DNA of 60,796 bases, filler included, from Catajapyx aquilonaris (lineage: Eukaryota), in the NCBI GenBank assembly GCA_000934665.2. It is 4 parts of 4 records of this genome, joined end to end, with 100 filler letters (N's around TTAATTAATTAA, not from the genome) between each part and the next. Parts side by side here need not be neighbours in the genome. Positions count along the whole stretch, not along the records: positions 45,677 to 60,796 come from JYFJ02007603.1; 3 more parts are not named here. The stretch is one strand, 5' to 3'. Positions 49,138 to 60,796 of this stretch are shown here, one piece after another. Positions within the stretch are counted from its first letter, which is position 1, and each line of letters opens with the position of its first letter. The notes below the pieces were generated by a model, which ran no database searches, was not told where the DNA came from, and saw nothing but the letters and a program-made list of their open reading frames with translations. Made by a program: the position numbers and the translations under genes.

Positions 49138-50285
49138 GAAGACATCTGGAAAAAAAAAACAATCAAGGTCCACTTTTTGAGTTACAAGTACATATTCCAT
49201 AGGATAGTTTGACTAGCGTAGAATATGATGGCGTGGTCGTTGTTGTGGTGAAATGATCATAGTTTGCTATGGGAGGCCCGGAAATATCTAGCATTGTTGG
49301 AAGAACGATGAACATCCACCACATTTAGGGGGAAAATGATCAACATCCACTCTTGCACTTGGCGACAGACATCTGTTTATGCAAGTGGGGGGGCAAAATA
49401 AAAACTACACAATCATCAGAGGCCTCATGTATCATGCTACAGTAGTTGTGCATAAGTTTCTAACAATCCAAGTGACAATTCCCATTAGAGGTCACAGTTA
49501 CATGGAGTGAGGCAAAGATTTTGGCTTGATAAACCAACGTTCTGAAACAATTGTTCCTTCCGATTGGGCCAAGATTTTTGCAGATGCACGTCGAAAGTCT
49601 AATCCTTTTTCCGTAATGCAATGTGAGCAGGACATGTTTAAGACCTACACTACATACCTACGAAAACTCAATGTCTCCAAATTCTCATTTCCTATTCCGA
49701 AAAGGAGAGAGTCAAAGATCCTTGAAAGCGAGCCAAAGCTCATCTTTCACAGGAACACTTTTGATGGGCTGTGGGTATTGTCGATTGTTGTGAAGAGGCA
49801 TGTAACACCTTCTGGTCAGTCTCGTGAGATGCATCCAGGGCGACTGCCAATTTCGCAAGCGCAATACAATGATCTGCAGAGCCTCATGCCATAAACATTT
49901 TTATGTGGACCTGCCCTTTGCCACATGTGGTACTGATGTTGATAAATAAAGACTGATGCTGCCAACAATATTGGTATTAATTGTTGCATGTACCCCATGG
50001 TATGTACCACCTTTCAATCCAATGTTGGGATGTACACAAAAATTGTTGTGGGTCTTCAAAGTTTGATATTGCAATATCTGTGTTTCACATGAGATGGACC
50101 TTGATCGGTTTTTTCCCGGTCTTCAATTCTATTGTACATCCCATGTTCGGAGCCTTCCATAGTGGACTACGATCATTACTCCACAACCACAACTAAACCA
50201 TATTCAATGTTAGTAAAACTATCCTGGGATATAAAATTCATTTTTAGCAAAAGTGGACCTTGATCGTTCTTCCCTCAATGTCTTC
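49138..50285 (+). mobile_element. Sola1-like DNA transposon, internally deleted
   Basis: AATT-GAAGACAT..ATCAAGGTCCACTTTT ... AAAAGTGGACCTTGAT..ATGTCTTC-AATT, giving a 4-bp AWWT target. The transposase relic at about 49388-49894 reads GGQNKNYTII..IPIRGHSYME*GKDFGLIN..VPSDWAKIFADAR. Confidence 0.8.
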
Positions 50286-51705
50286 AATTAGGCCTGACCT
50301 CAGTATAGGTTCAAGTTGGAAACTTCAGTGCACATTCAAAGAGGGCCAGTGTTATCAGAAATTGCATACTGTAAAGAGGTGGATGAGGCAAGGGGATTCA
50401 AAAATAAAATAAATCACACATTGTAATTCAAAACCTATCCATGTATTGGAAGTATACTTTTATTTGTTATTTTTAAAAATTGGATTCCTTATAAGCATCA
50501 TTACATCGCAGTTGGCACTTACAAAACATAAAAAAGTAAATGCAATACGAAATAATCTGAGCAAAAGATGTCAAATACTGGCACCACATGACTACACACT
50601 GTCATTGTACAAAGAGATCACCTATTCTCACCTAGTGGCGGAAAAGTCACAAACTTTGGTATGAAATTGGAAAAACTGTCATGAAAAACACTTACATGTG
50701 CGTGACACATTAGATGCACATTAGTAAGACAATTACAGTTATGGTGCACATTCCTAATCAGCGATCATCAAACAAAAAAACAAACAAGCTGTCAATCCAT
50801 TGCGAATTCTGACTGGATAAATTAATAAATTATCAGAAAAAGACTTCTGTACCTCTCTCTGCAATTTTATGACACCATGAAGTACATCACCTCACAGCAT
50901 GAAGTTCATTAGTCTACTTCACACACATCTAACGAATAGCAAATATCACATACACATTGAAGTAACTTGGATGATTGTAATCTTTCAGTTTCTCCATATT
51001 TACCTACACTTGCAACAAGACCTGCAACAGACATGGCAACATATCACCCAGAAGTGGCCAAACTTTAGCCAGATGAACTACTTTCAAAATAAACACATTG
51101 TATGAGAGAGGGTGCCCTATTTACAACTTCATCAAGAGCTAAAGTTACTCAAATCACTTTAAGGCTGGACGTAAACAGGCAATACTGAGCTGTTTCCAAG
51201 TTCTGTGTCTTCCTGCTAGACAGCATGCGTGTCATGGTCATTTGCCTGCATGATTTACTCCAATGCAAGAAACTTGGCAACTTGCTCACAAAGCTTCTAA
51301 GCGCATGCACTGTTTTCATCCCAGCTAGTTGCTCAGGCAACAAGTTCTGAATTGTCTGTTTGCACCCAGCCCAAGAAACACTATAGTTGTGGGAACAGTT
51401 TCAGAAAAAAATGTTAAATACGGATGGTAACAAACATGGCTTTGGAGGTGAGTAAGAATCTGCAACTAGGTGAAATATACTAATGGGCCAAGTGAGCTAG
51501 GCTAAAGGTTGGCCTCTGCTGGCAATAACCAACATCAAACATGAACACTTAATTTTATCCCACTTGAAATAGTTGGAGAGCCATAAGAGAAGTTGCACAA
51601 TGTAAAGAAATGTAATCCAGAATTGGAAGATACATTCAGTTTGAGATGGGACCTCATAATCTAATTATGAGTTATGTACAGGATGAGTCAAATTTGTATA
51701 TAGAG

Positions 51706-52549
51706 CTGTGGTTCTCAAAGTACAGTCCATGAACTCGGCAAAAGTACTAGGGGGGAATTTACGTCCCTCTGCTAAGTTACCAGTTGGGATGAATATTCCA
51801 CCTCTAGTTTTTATTGGAGTTTTACTGTGGTAGGAAAAGGATATCTTCCAGGATTGATTTTGTTGTGAGGCGCAATATCATCTAATGGAAATTGTTTTTA
51901 ATAGCATCAGATGAAAACGTGAAGCTCAGCATTTCAAGTTTAAATAGTGAAAACCTGTGCTTGAAATTGAAAATGTGCAAAATTTTTGCATTTGAATGGG
52001 TCACATCAGGTACTAGGAACTTGCCATAAGTTTAACTTTAAATTTTATGACAATGTTTGATGATTGTCACTTTTTGGATGATTGTTTACTTAAACTTATA
52101 TTTAATAAAATCATAGGCGGTGGAATGATATGGCAACACCTCAAATTGACTATTACAATGAGGAATAAGGCTTACATCCATTTTAAATTTGATGAAAGTT
52201 ATTGCTTGTGTACAATACAGGACCAAAAAAAAATGGCCATAAATTGTAATTGTTAATAAAATTTAAGTTAAAATTCTCGCAGGTCCCAAGCATCCATTGC
52301 AAATGTGAAAAAATTGCAAACTCTCAATTTCAAGCCCGGGTTTTCATTACTCAAAGTACAGGTATTTAAATACTGAGTTTCACTTCCTCATCTAACATTA
52401 AGAACAACTCCAATAAATTTTTTTGAACCTCACAAGAAAATCAATCCTGGAAGAGATCCTTTTACTACAAGGACATGTGATCCAAGTTGCTTGTGGATCT
52501 TTTCTCCCTCACAAAATGGGTGATGGTAGAAAATGTTTGAGAAGCACTG
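51706..52549. mobile_element. Old hAT (Charlie-like) MITE containing a nested degenerate inverted-repeat element (about 51830-52465)
   Basis: Ends CTGTGGTTCTCAAA / TTTGAGAAGCACTG. Inner arms TCTTCCAGGATTGATTTTGTTGTGAGG / CCTCACAAGAAAATCAATCCTGGAAGA. The 8-bp TSD is only partly conserved. Confidence 0.5.
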
Positions 52550-52765
52550 ACTTCGAGGAATTCTGAGATAGAGTAAAAATAGTCAATTCCCTTTATGGGC
52601 AACAATATATTAAAAAGGACGGATCATCGCTCTTTAGGTGTAGCTGTTTTGTGCTTAAAGATATCTCAAAAAAAGGGGGGGGGGGGAGGAGGGTCATAAA
52701 TAAAAATGTCACAAAATGGCCTTCTCTTTACAAATTTACACAACACTAAATGTCCACCTGCCTCA

Positions 52766-53066
52766 TGGGGGGCATGGTGGTCTAGTGGGTATGCTACTAG
52801 CCAGCCAAGCGGGAGGTCTGTGGTTCAAATCCCGTCCCCATCACCCCTGCTTGGTCGGCTCTTTTTCCACTTTTCACCCGACATCGACATGTCCATGCAG
52901 AATTGCACTCCCTTCTCTGTCCAGGCCCAAGAGAAATGGTCTGGTATTTAAGAGGGTCTGAAATGACTAAAAACTATTTAAGAGCGCCTCCCTTGGAAAC
53001 CTCCCCTTCCTCACCTAAAAGGGGCCAAGGCCCTATCGCGGGGTAATACAAATATACTTTTAAAAA
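52766..53066 (+). mobile_element. tRNA-derived SINE, family D
   Basis: A box TGGTCTAGTGG and B box GGTTCAAATCC. A 14-bp TSD GTCCACCTGCCTCA sits at 52752-52765 and 53067-53080. Confidence 0.88.
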
Positions 53067-54395
53067 GTCCACCTGCCTCAGCAATGACTGCATTAAGTGT
53101 GTCCCACAATTCTGTAATTTACACAATAAGGGGCCAACTCCATTCTTCTTTTTTTGACATACAATGAAGCTGGCAGCAGTTGTACTACAGCCTGCTTTCA
53201 ATGGCTACAAAAATAACCCATATTTTCCGACTGTTGGAAAACACGTAAATTATTATCAGAATTTCTGAAGCAGTGCTTCTTCCTGTTGGATCATTCTCTT
53301 CATAAAATACATAACATTCTTACATCAGGACTACATATCCTGCATTCAAACAGGCCACTGAAAAAAAATTCCTCACACATGAAGATTGTACCCTCCCTGT
53401 ACATAACTCACAAGCCATTCTCTTGATATACAGTAACTTCAGGTGGTCATAAGTTGAGGCTGTGGAGCATCAATAGGAAAGTAGAGCTACCATTGATGGT
53501 CATGATTTTAATTGTGCGCATTGAGACCCCTTGTAAAAGCCCTGTGACTTCCGTACTTTTAAGCCTCAATCCCATCATCCATTTCTGTTTCATTCACCCT
53601 GTGCAAGTTCCTTTTAACAATTGATGCTTAGCACCTGAATTCAAGCCACCTTGGACTGACTCGTTACTGCCTCATCTGTGTTGGGATATTACACAGGGAC
53701 TCCACAACTGTTGTGGTGGGGGGTTGGCTTATTACATCTGACTTTTAGGAGGAGGGCGCAGGCCAGGTTTAGTGACCTATTAATGAGCAGTTTCTATCAC
53801 TTGTGTGGACCAGGATCTAACAAAATCATCCCCAAGTGCGGTATTCAGCAATGTGTCCACCAACTCAATGTTATCAAATGAACAAACTTCCTCACATGTG
53901 AATGTAGCTTAATACATGCAATACATACCATATCACATAATGGCATTTGAAATGCAAATCTTGATCCATAATTTTCCCATATGGCAAACACCTTACAAGG
54001 AAGGTAGGGGTTAAGTGACCAGAACATTGAACCATCCCACCACTTGCAGACTTCAGGAGTCCCTGGAATTCTTGCACTAAATGGATGACGCTATAACTAT
54101 ACAAAGAGCTAAAAAGACTACCTAAACTAAAAATTAAAAAGAGCTGTCATAAGTGGTGCAAAATGCTGAACACAAAAATTGCTTACAGCTGCAAATGGCT
54201 AACAGCAACTCATGTTTGTAGCATCCAGAAACATCATGCTACAACAAGGTTTATCACAACATAACAACTGTAAGTTTCCCTTAATAGGCTTGCTTTTGAT
54301 ATGATCACGAAGGAAAAAAATTGCTGTAATAAGCATTTATGTACACTAAGGTATCACAGCAAGCACCTACAATGAAAAAAAATTATAAGTTTTTT

Positions 54396-57130
54396 TCATT
54401 CCTTGTCTGTCACAGACTTAATAGGAAAAGTATCCTCTGGGTCTGTCATCCCATGCTGAATTTGATATGACTCAACGATGTGCTTCAATGAATCCAGTTT
54501 GACAGGCTGAAAATTTTCAACGTCATCAAAGTCATCCTCAGTTGGTGGTGTACCCTGTATAAGTGTTCAAGTATGTCATGTATCGTCAGAAATTCATATC
54601 TCACTTACTCACCACTTTTTCTAAGTTGAAGGTACCATCTTCCAGATGTACATTTTTAATCTGCTCCTCCATTGCCTTGATAGTGTTCCTCACTTTTTCA
54701 CCTACAAAATCAGAATGCTCAGCATATTAAAGTGCCAACACTGAGGCAAACTGTAGAAAATATAGCCCATGATAATTTTAGAACTTGTAATTGGCATTTA
54801 CTTTATAAATATGACAGCTTGAAATTTAGTACCTTTTGTGTCAATTTCAATTTCGTCTTCTTCTTCATAGCTGCTCATACTTGACATGTCACTTTCGGTT
54901 TCCCATGTATCCTCTGGGATGGAGAAGTCTGGGGGTCGGTTTGGGGGGGGGGGGGGGGGNNNNNNGGGGGGGGAGGAGGTGGGAGAAAGGAATTTAGCTC
55001 TGTTGAAATTGTTGGAACTTTAGTGTTCATTTTCTTACCTAAAATTTTTTCCATCGTATGACCAAAGATTTCTGGATCAAAACAAGTATTCTCCGATTTG
55101 CCAATATCTGACTCAAAGTTTGATTTGCCCCCTTTCTTACGACGAGGAGGCCTCTGTGGGGCATCACTATTCAGGGGAGAACAACTTTTAAAAAGATATA
55201 ATCAACCAGTTTCTTTACTTTAATTGGCTGAGTAAGCATGACCCACTTACCCTGAATTCTGCATGCAGGCCCATGTCCTGAGAGGACCACCATCTGGGAC
55301 ATCACAGCTCCCCAACTGGCATTTCTCTGCTGGATATATGTCGAACTCGTTTGGATCAAGGTGCAGCCAGTTGTCATCTGGGAAATAAATGCATGATGCA
55401 TATGATTAGAACTAATTTAACCCCTTAGCTACCAGATAGGCCCGAACCACACAGATTTCTGCTTAAGCGTACTCCGAGGATACGGACAATATATTTGACA
55501 AATAATAACAGCTATACTTACCAGATCTGGGAAAACACTGAATGTGTCTGGAACAATTTTACGCTTCCAGAAGTCCCAAAATTAATTTTCAAAAAAAGGC
55601 TATAAAAACTGGAAATCCGAGTACTGCCCACCAACTTATACGCAGATTTAATTATTAAATGCGTGAAAATATGGGGAATAACAACCTTGGGAACCATGCC
55701 AGATGGATTTGCTGAAATCGTCGTACTTCATGAGAAGCAAATAAATTTGGGAGTTTTCCGAGACTTTTCCGAAGTGCCAGAGACCAGAAAATAAGTGAAT
55801 CGGTCATTTTGAAAAGGGGTCATATCCTCTGGAAATGCACTGGAGATGACCCCTTTTCCAAATGACCGATTCAAGTATTCATTTATTTCTCGCAAAGTAC
55901 GACGATTTCAGCAAATCCATCTGGCATGGTTCTCAAGGTTATTATTCCATATATTTTCACGCATTTGCTAATTAAAGCAGCCTAACAGTTGGTCGGCACT
56001 ACTCCAATTTCCAGTTTTAATAGCCTTATTTTGGAAATTAATTTTGGGACTTCTGGAAGCGTAAAATTGTTCCAGACACATTCATAGTGTTTTCCCAGAT
56101 TGGGTAAATATAGGCGTTATTATTTGTAAAATATCTTGTCAGTATCTTCGGAGTACGCGTAAGCAGAAATCTGTGTGGTTCGGGGCCTATCTGGTAGCAA
56201 AGGGGTTAAAGCATAACTTTGCATTTGCTGAAAATTCTCCATGTATTGAACCTTGGGAATATTGAAAATTGAAAACTTGGGCCAAGTGCATCTTGAAACT
56301 GCTATGACACTCCTATGAAGTCCCTTCCCCTGTCCCTTATTTTTTGTCCCATTTTCTAAACTGTCTTAGTACCAGTACCTTGTATTATTTTAACAAGGGT
56401 ATCATCAAAAAACCTATTAGTGTATTTGTACCCCATCACATCCATAAGCATTTTCCCTCCCCATTAGAAAGTCTTTGCTTTAAAAAGGATTTCAGCACAT
56501 GAAAAAACAACAGAAAACCTTGCCTGCCCCTATGGCAGCACAGGGAGGTTTCTAAAGTGAATGACATACTGTACAGCATTTGACTCACCATCTCCTCTTT
56601 CATGCACACTAGGTTTGAATCAAAAGAAGTGGGTGAACAAATGTACTTCCCATGTCAGATTCACACTGGTGGAATCTCTCTATGCTCCAAGAGCACTAGT
56701 ATATCGTATAAGGGTCACTCAGAGGCCATGTACTGTACAAGCTGCACCCTATCACACCCGGGTTCCAACTTGATGCAAGTAAATAGGCTATGTGAGATTC
56801 ACACAAATTTAGATCTCAGCTCATCTTTGGAACATCATGTTTAAGTTCTAGCACATGTTTAGGTTATACCAGGTCAGATTGGGGATACAACGTACACCAT
56901 TCAGGACACTGTTGCACAATGATCTAAAGCAACATACCATCAATAGGTGACAGAGAATGTTCTTTCTTCTTCAACTCCTCTGAGTCAACTTCTATGGCAT
57001 CTAAAGTGGCAAGTAATCGCTCACCAGGGCTGAACACTTCCCCAATGTTGTGTGGATACACATGGACCAAGTAATATCGACGAGCTTTGCCTAGGAGTTC
57101 TTGGTAGATGCTTGTTTTCTCGCGAAAATT
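54396..57130 (-). CDS. ecd: Ecdysoneless (ECD/SGT1 family)-like protein, last six exons, 5'-partial (263 aa visible)
   Basis: Exons 57130-56938, 55377-55251, 55166-55039, 54928-54833, 54701-54613 and 54554-54396 are GT-AG and in phase, 792 nt in total. Motifs: YQELLGKARRYY, FSPGERLL, DDDNWLHLDP, FDPEIFGHTMEKIL, IPEDTWE..MSSYEEE, DDFDDVENFQPV..LKHIVESYQ. Confidence 0.88.
55421..56205. mobile_element. piggyBac-type palindromic MITE in an ecd intron
   Basis: TTAA-CCCCTTAGCTACCAGATAGG ... CCTATCTGGTAGCAAAGGGG-TTAA. The arms pair inward to a short loop near 55825-55845. Confidence 0.92.
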
Positions 57131-57649
57131 CTGAAAGATTAATATCATATTAATAGTTTAGGAGAGTTTAAAGCTCCCACACTATCCAACCTGACTTCTG
57201 CTTTTCCCAGTATGATTTAAAAAGTGCATTCTTAACAAATTAACAACAACAACAACAACATCGCGACATTTCCCTATGAGGGGTAGTCAGCGATGAAGGG
57301 AGACGCAAGCTAACCCAACATATGAACTAATAAAACTCATGAGAATAAACCTAAAAACAACCTGTCCCACCCCCACCCCTGCCCACCTCAGACATCACCT
57401 TATCCTCAGACATATTTACCTATTTACCCATTAATTAACCTACGCCATTTACACCTATCCAAACAAACAACCCTAGCCTCAGCCACGTCCATGATCCTAT
57501 TGACACAAGAACGTCTTGGCTTAACACAAAAAATAATAATATGCTGGCACCATCTTCCTTTTGTTTTAGGGATCAGGAATGATCACAGGCTGTTACATAA
57601 GTTTGCATTATGAAGCAGAAAGCAAAGAAATGAATATTTCTCTGTATAG

Positions 57650-58000
57650 GTCCACATAATTATGTCAAAATAAGTATTTGGTTCAGCTTCTGGCCAACTT
57701 GTTCAAACTGGAGTAGTGGCATAGTAAAGGAAGAGGCCCAACCTCCAAGATCTCCACAGCTGATTTGACCTCTTGGTCACTCCCATGGTGCTGACCCCAA
57801 AGGTATTTATTCACATTTGGAACAGGGAGAGGTTAGAGAACGGGTCTGGCGAATATGGTGGGTGAGGGCGTAGCTGAAAAAACAATCCCTAGCCATTGCA
57901 ATTTGGGAGGTGTTGCCTTGAAGGAGACGACACCTTTTCGTAGCTTTCCTAAATACACAGTTACTGATACCCAAGGTGTTTCTTACTAGTATGGCAGTCA
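57650..58000 (-). mobile_element. Degenerate mariner transposase C-terminal remnant
   Basis: Frameshifted motifs LLQGN (resembling LLHDN), LRPHPPYSPD and YLWGQHHGSDQEVKSAV. Confidence 0.75.
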
Positions 58001-58268
58001 GCATATGCCTTGGGCCAAAGCAAGTTGAAAAAGTAAGGCCTGGTGCAAACGAGGGGATTCGGGAGGGAAAAGTTGCCTGGCCCCTGCCTGAGCGAGTGAA
58101 CGTCTTCCAAATTTCTTCCATGTTAGATATTGGGGCTCTGGTTGCTCGCTCCTGGCGCATGTGCTGTATGCTTTTCTGAGTAAATTCATGGTCAACTTTT
58201 CCCTCCCAAATCCCCTCATTTGCGCCAGGGCTAAGGGGGATGTTAAGGGAGCAAATGTTGATAAAGTA

Positions 58269-58698
58269 CTGTCTGATTTATTTCACTCCCAACAGATATC
58301 ACCAAGCCCCCTTCTCCTCCACCCATCCACCCCTCCATGGACTGTACTTGTTACCAACCAAAGGGGAGGCGGAGTGGTGCTGCGGTAATGTATGCGGCCA
58401 CGGATGGAAGGGTCCCAGGTTCAATCCCAGCCCAGGGTCTCCCCCCTTCATCTAGTGCAGAGTTAGGTTGTCTCTGGCTTTGTCTAGGGTGGAATCTCTG
58501 ACAGAATAATCCACCCGGGGGAGTTCACCAAATGTATCATAAACAGACACTAACTTGCACTTTGCACATACCCTCCCAGTCACCCTGCCCGTGGGCCCGG
58601 GGGCTTTTCTCAAGGTTTCAGATGTGCACTGAACTACACCATCAAAGGTACAATAAAGGTCTGTGATACATATCTCTCAGAGGTCAAGCACTATCTGG

Positions 58699-58755
<57 letters not shown>

Positions 58756-59036
58756 ATTATATAACTTGTCATCAACCTGACCTCTCACGTGGTATCACAA
58801 ACAACGCTGTAATTAAATATTACGGCATATAAATTATTAATGCGAGTGTTCATTGACACTCTGCGCATTCCCTTGTCATGGACAGGTAGGAACAGCGTTG
58901 ACTACATATAGTATTAATGTGACAGCGGTGACCACGTGTGTGAGCTTAGGTTGGTAACAAGTACAGTCCGTGGAGGGGTGGATGGGTGGAGAAGGGGGCT
59001 TGGTGACGTCTGTTGGGAGTGAAATAAATCAGACAG
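58269..59036. mobile_element. TA-flanked MITE with about 90-bp TIRs, carrying a nested SINE
   Basis: TA-CTGTCTGATTTATTTCACTCCCAACAGA..GTACTTGTTACCAACC and its reverse complement at 58949-59036, followed by TA. Confidence 0.88.
58362..58760 (+). mobile_element. tRNA-derived SINE with a (TTA)n tail, family E
   Basis: A-box-like TGGTGCTGCGG, B-box-like GGTTCAATCCC and a (TTA)n tail. Degenerate TSD ACTTGTTACCAACC / ACTTGTCATCAACC. Confidence 0.75.
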
Positions 59037-60796
59037 TAGATGACAATGTAGATTTGCATGCCCCTGAGACAAATGCGTCCACCCACCCAACAGCTTTTCT
59101 GTGGGGAAGGTTGCAAACCACTATACTCCCTTACGTGCAGTGGTTGTCGAAGTGGAGGGATGTGATTCTGATATTGATGGCTAGGAAAAGAGGTAACCTT
59201 GCCATATTTCCATCAGTTTATCCCTTGCAGACTAAAATGAATGCATCTCTGGGCAAACTAAATGGAAACCAAGGTACTGAAGTTCAGTAAAAGCTGAATT
59301 AGTTTGACTGTTTATTACCTTCCGACTACTGGGGAAAGGGAGCGACAGGCCAAGTGCTCAAAACATCTCGGCAATAGCAAGAGTCTAATTATTTACCAGT
59401 GTTGTCACTAACAAGTAATTATTGCAATGTACAACTAATGCCAAAGTGACGCTTTCTGGGCAGAGAGCAAGACACAGTATTCTGTTGAAAAAAACAAACA
59501 AAACATGATCCACTTTGAGCATCAAAGGTCAAGAGTAATTTTCAGCTAATAATATACTAGGGTCATTCCATGTCAATTCACCGAGCCCCCTGACCCTTGG
59601 GTTGTCAGATTTTGACGAAAATCGGCGAATCGCTTTAATTACGTCTTTCAAAAATACCATTTGCGCGGTTTTGAGATTTACCCCCCCTCCCCGGAGATAG
59701 GCCCACCGAAAAAAACGTCATTTTCGGAAGGTAGGGTTTCAGAAATCGGTCATATCTCGTGAACCAATTGAGCTACAGACGTCGTAGACCGCTCCCTTTG
59801 AAGATATTCGATAGCCCAATCTCACTAAGGATTGAAAATTCGTATTTTGACTTTTTTGAAAATTTTGTCCCATTTTCAAAATGTCAAATTTTTTTTAAAA
59901 AAAATCCGCCTAATTTAAAAATCCGATTTTTAAATAATGTTGTAGCCCAGACCCTTTCCCTGACATAGAAAAAAATCTCAGGAGGAGTTTTCTGATTTAA
60001 GGAAAATAATTGCATTTGAAGGAATGCATGTGCGCCTTGAAAGTACGCAATGGGGCCAAATATAGGCCCTAATCACTCCCAGAATGATCCTTGAACAGAG
60101 TTATCTAAATAGACACTGTCTGATGGGATGACTAACAGTGCTGAAGAGGATATTCATGGCAAAAAATGCTCATTTTATAATTTTGGCGCAATGATTACAA
60201 AAAATGTTAATAAATTGCCATTTTTACATTAATTTCTGTTACTATGGGACATGGTTGTGCAGGATGTCGGTTTTCTCTGGCTGAGTCCCTTCGCCTTTGC
60301 CTTGAAACAAATAAAAACCAAAATATGCATTCACAATTACCTTTACAGCTGCGTAAAAAGGAAATAGAATGGTAGTTGGCAAATGGTCTCGACAGAGACG
60401 TAGTGTGGAGTGGCCAGATGAACACGGAGAATTGCAAGGGGGGAGGCTCCACCCGGACCCTGATTGGTCATATTTAAAATTCTCAGAAGGGTGACCAGAC
60501 CACTATAGGCAGAGGGAGTGGGTAGATGGGGAAGGAGGAGAAGCAGGGGCACAGAAGAGGTTACGAATCCGTTGCCTCCTTGCGGAAAAAACTCCTTGGG
60601 AGAAAAACGGTCGCATGCGCTCGATTCGCTCCGACATTATCTCTGGTGGGCACCGTTATCGTTGCCAAAGCACCATGGTCGCGCGAACTGGGCTCACTTC
60701 GCGAGGGCATACACAGGCCTTGATGGGGAAAGTCAGCAAAAGGTTCGACCTCGAGAGAGAGGGGGGGGGAGGGGGGGGGATTAATGTTTCCTCCAA

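Noticed and set aside
59559..60091. Possible DNA transposon starting AGGGTCATTCC
   Set aside because: The candidate right end (GAATGATCCT) matches only about 10 bp, which is insufficient.
1..60796. CRISPR arrays, rRNA genes, prokaryotic operons or defence systems
   Set aside because: No regularly spaced repeat-spacer array, rRNA motif or operon-like run of long ORFs was seen, and the sequence is eukaryotic.

Overview
This is eukaryotic, almost certainly arthropod, genomic DNA: spliceosomal introns, a divergent ionotropic receptor and ecdysoneless. It is probably not one locus. Four pieces of nearly equal size (15115, 15116, 15145 and 15120 bp) are joined by identical 100-bp N44-TTAATTAATTAA-N44 linkers, so neighbours across the gaps are probably artificial. 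Contig 1 holds a complete 5-exon ULK3 gene (485 aa) plus about 8 kb of unexplained G/C-run-rich DNA. Contig 2 holds an ankyrin-repeat relic, an intact intronless 725-aa divergent ionotropic receptor (IR), two Kolobok-like MITEs and an Academ-like transposase relic. Contig 3 has only decayed genes that keep splice signals (an unknown multi-exon gene, an unknown terminal exon, a THAP/C2H2 zinc-finger gene) plus a Helitron 3' end. Contig 4 holds the last six exons of an ecdysoneless (ecd)-like gene among mariner, Sola1, piggyBac and SINE copies. I cannot show a new biological system. The best leads are the domain-matched GC3 mosaic in the IR, the pseudogenised gene block, the long fold-back transposons (one carries transposase sequence in both arms) and the SINEs with swapped heads and tails. 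All calls are by eye; no database search was run.
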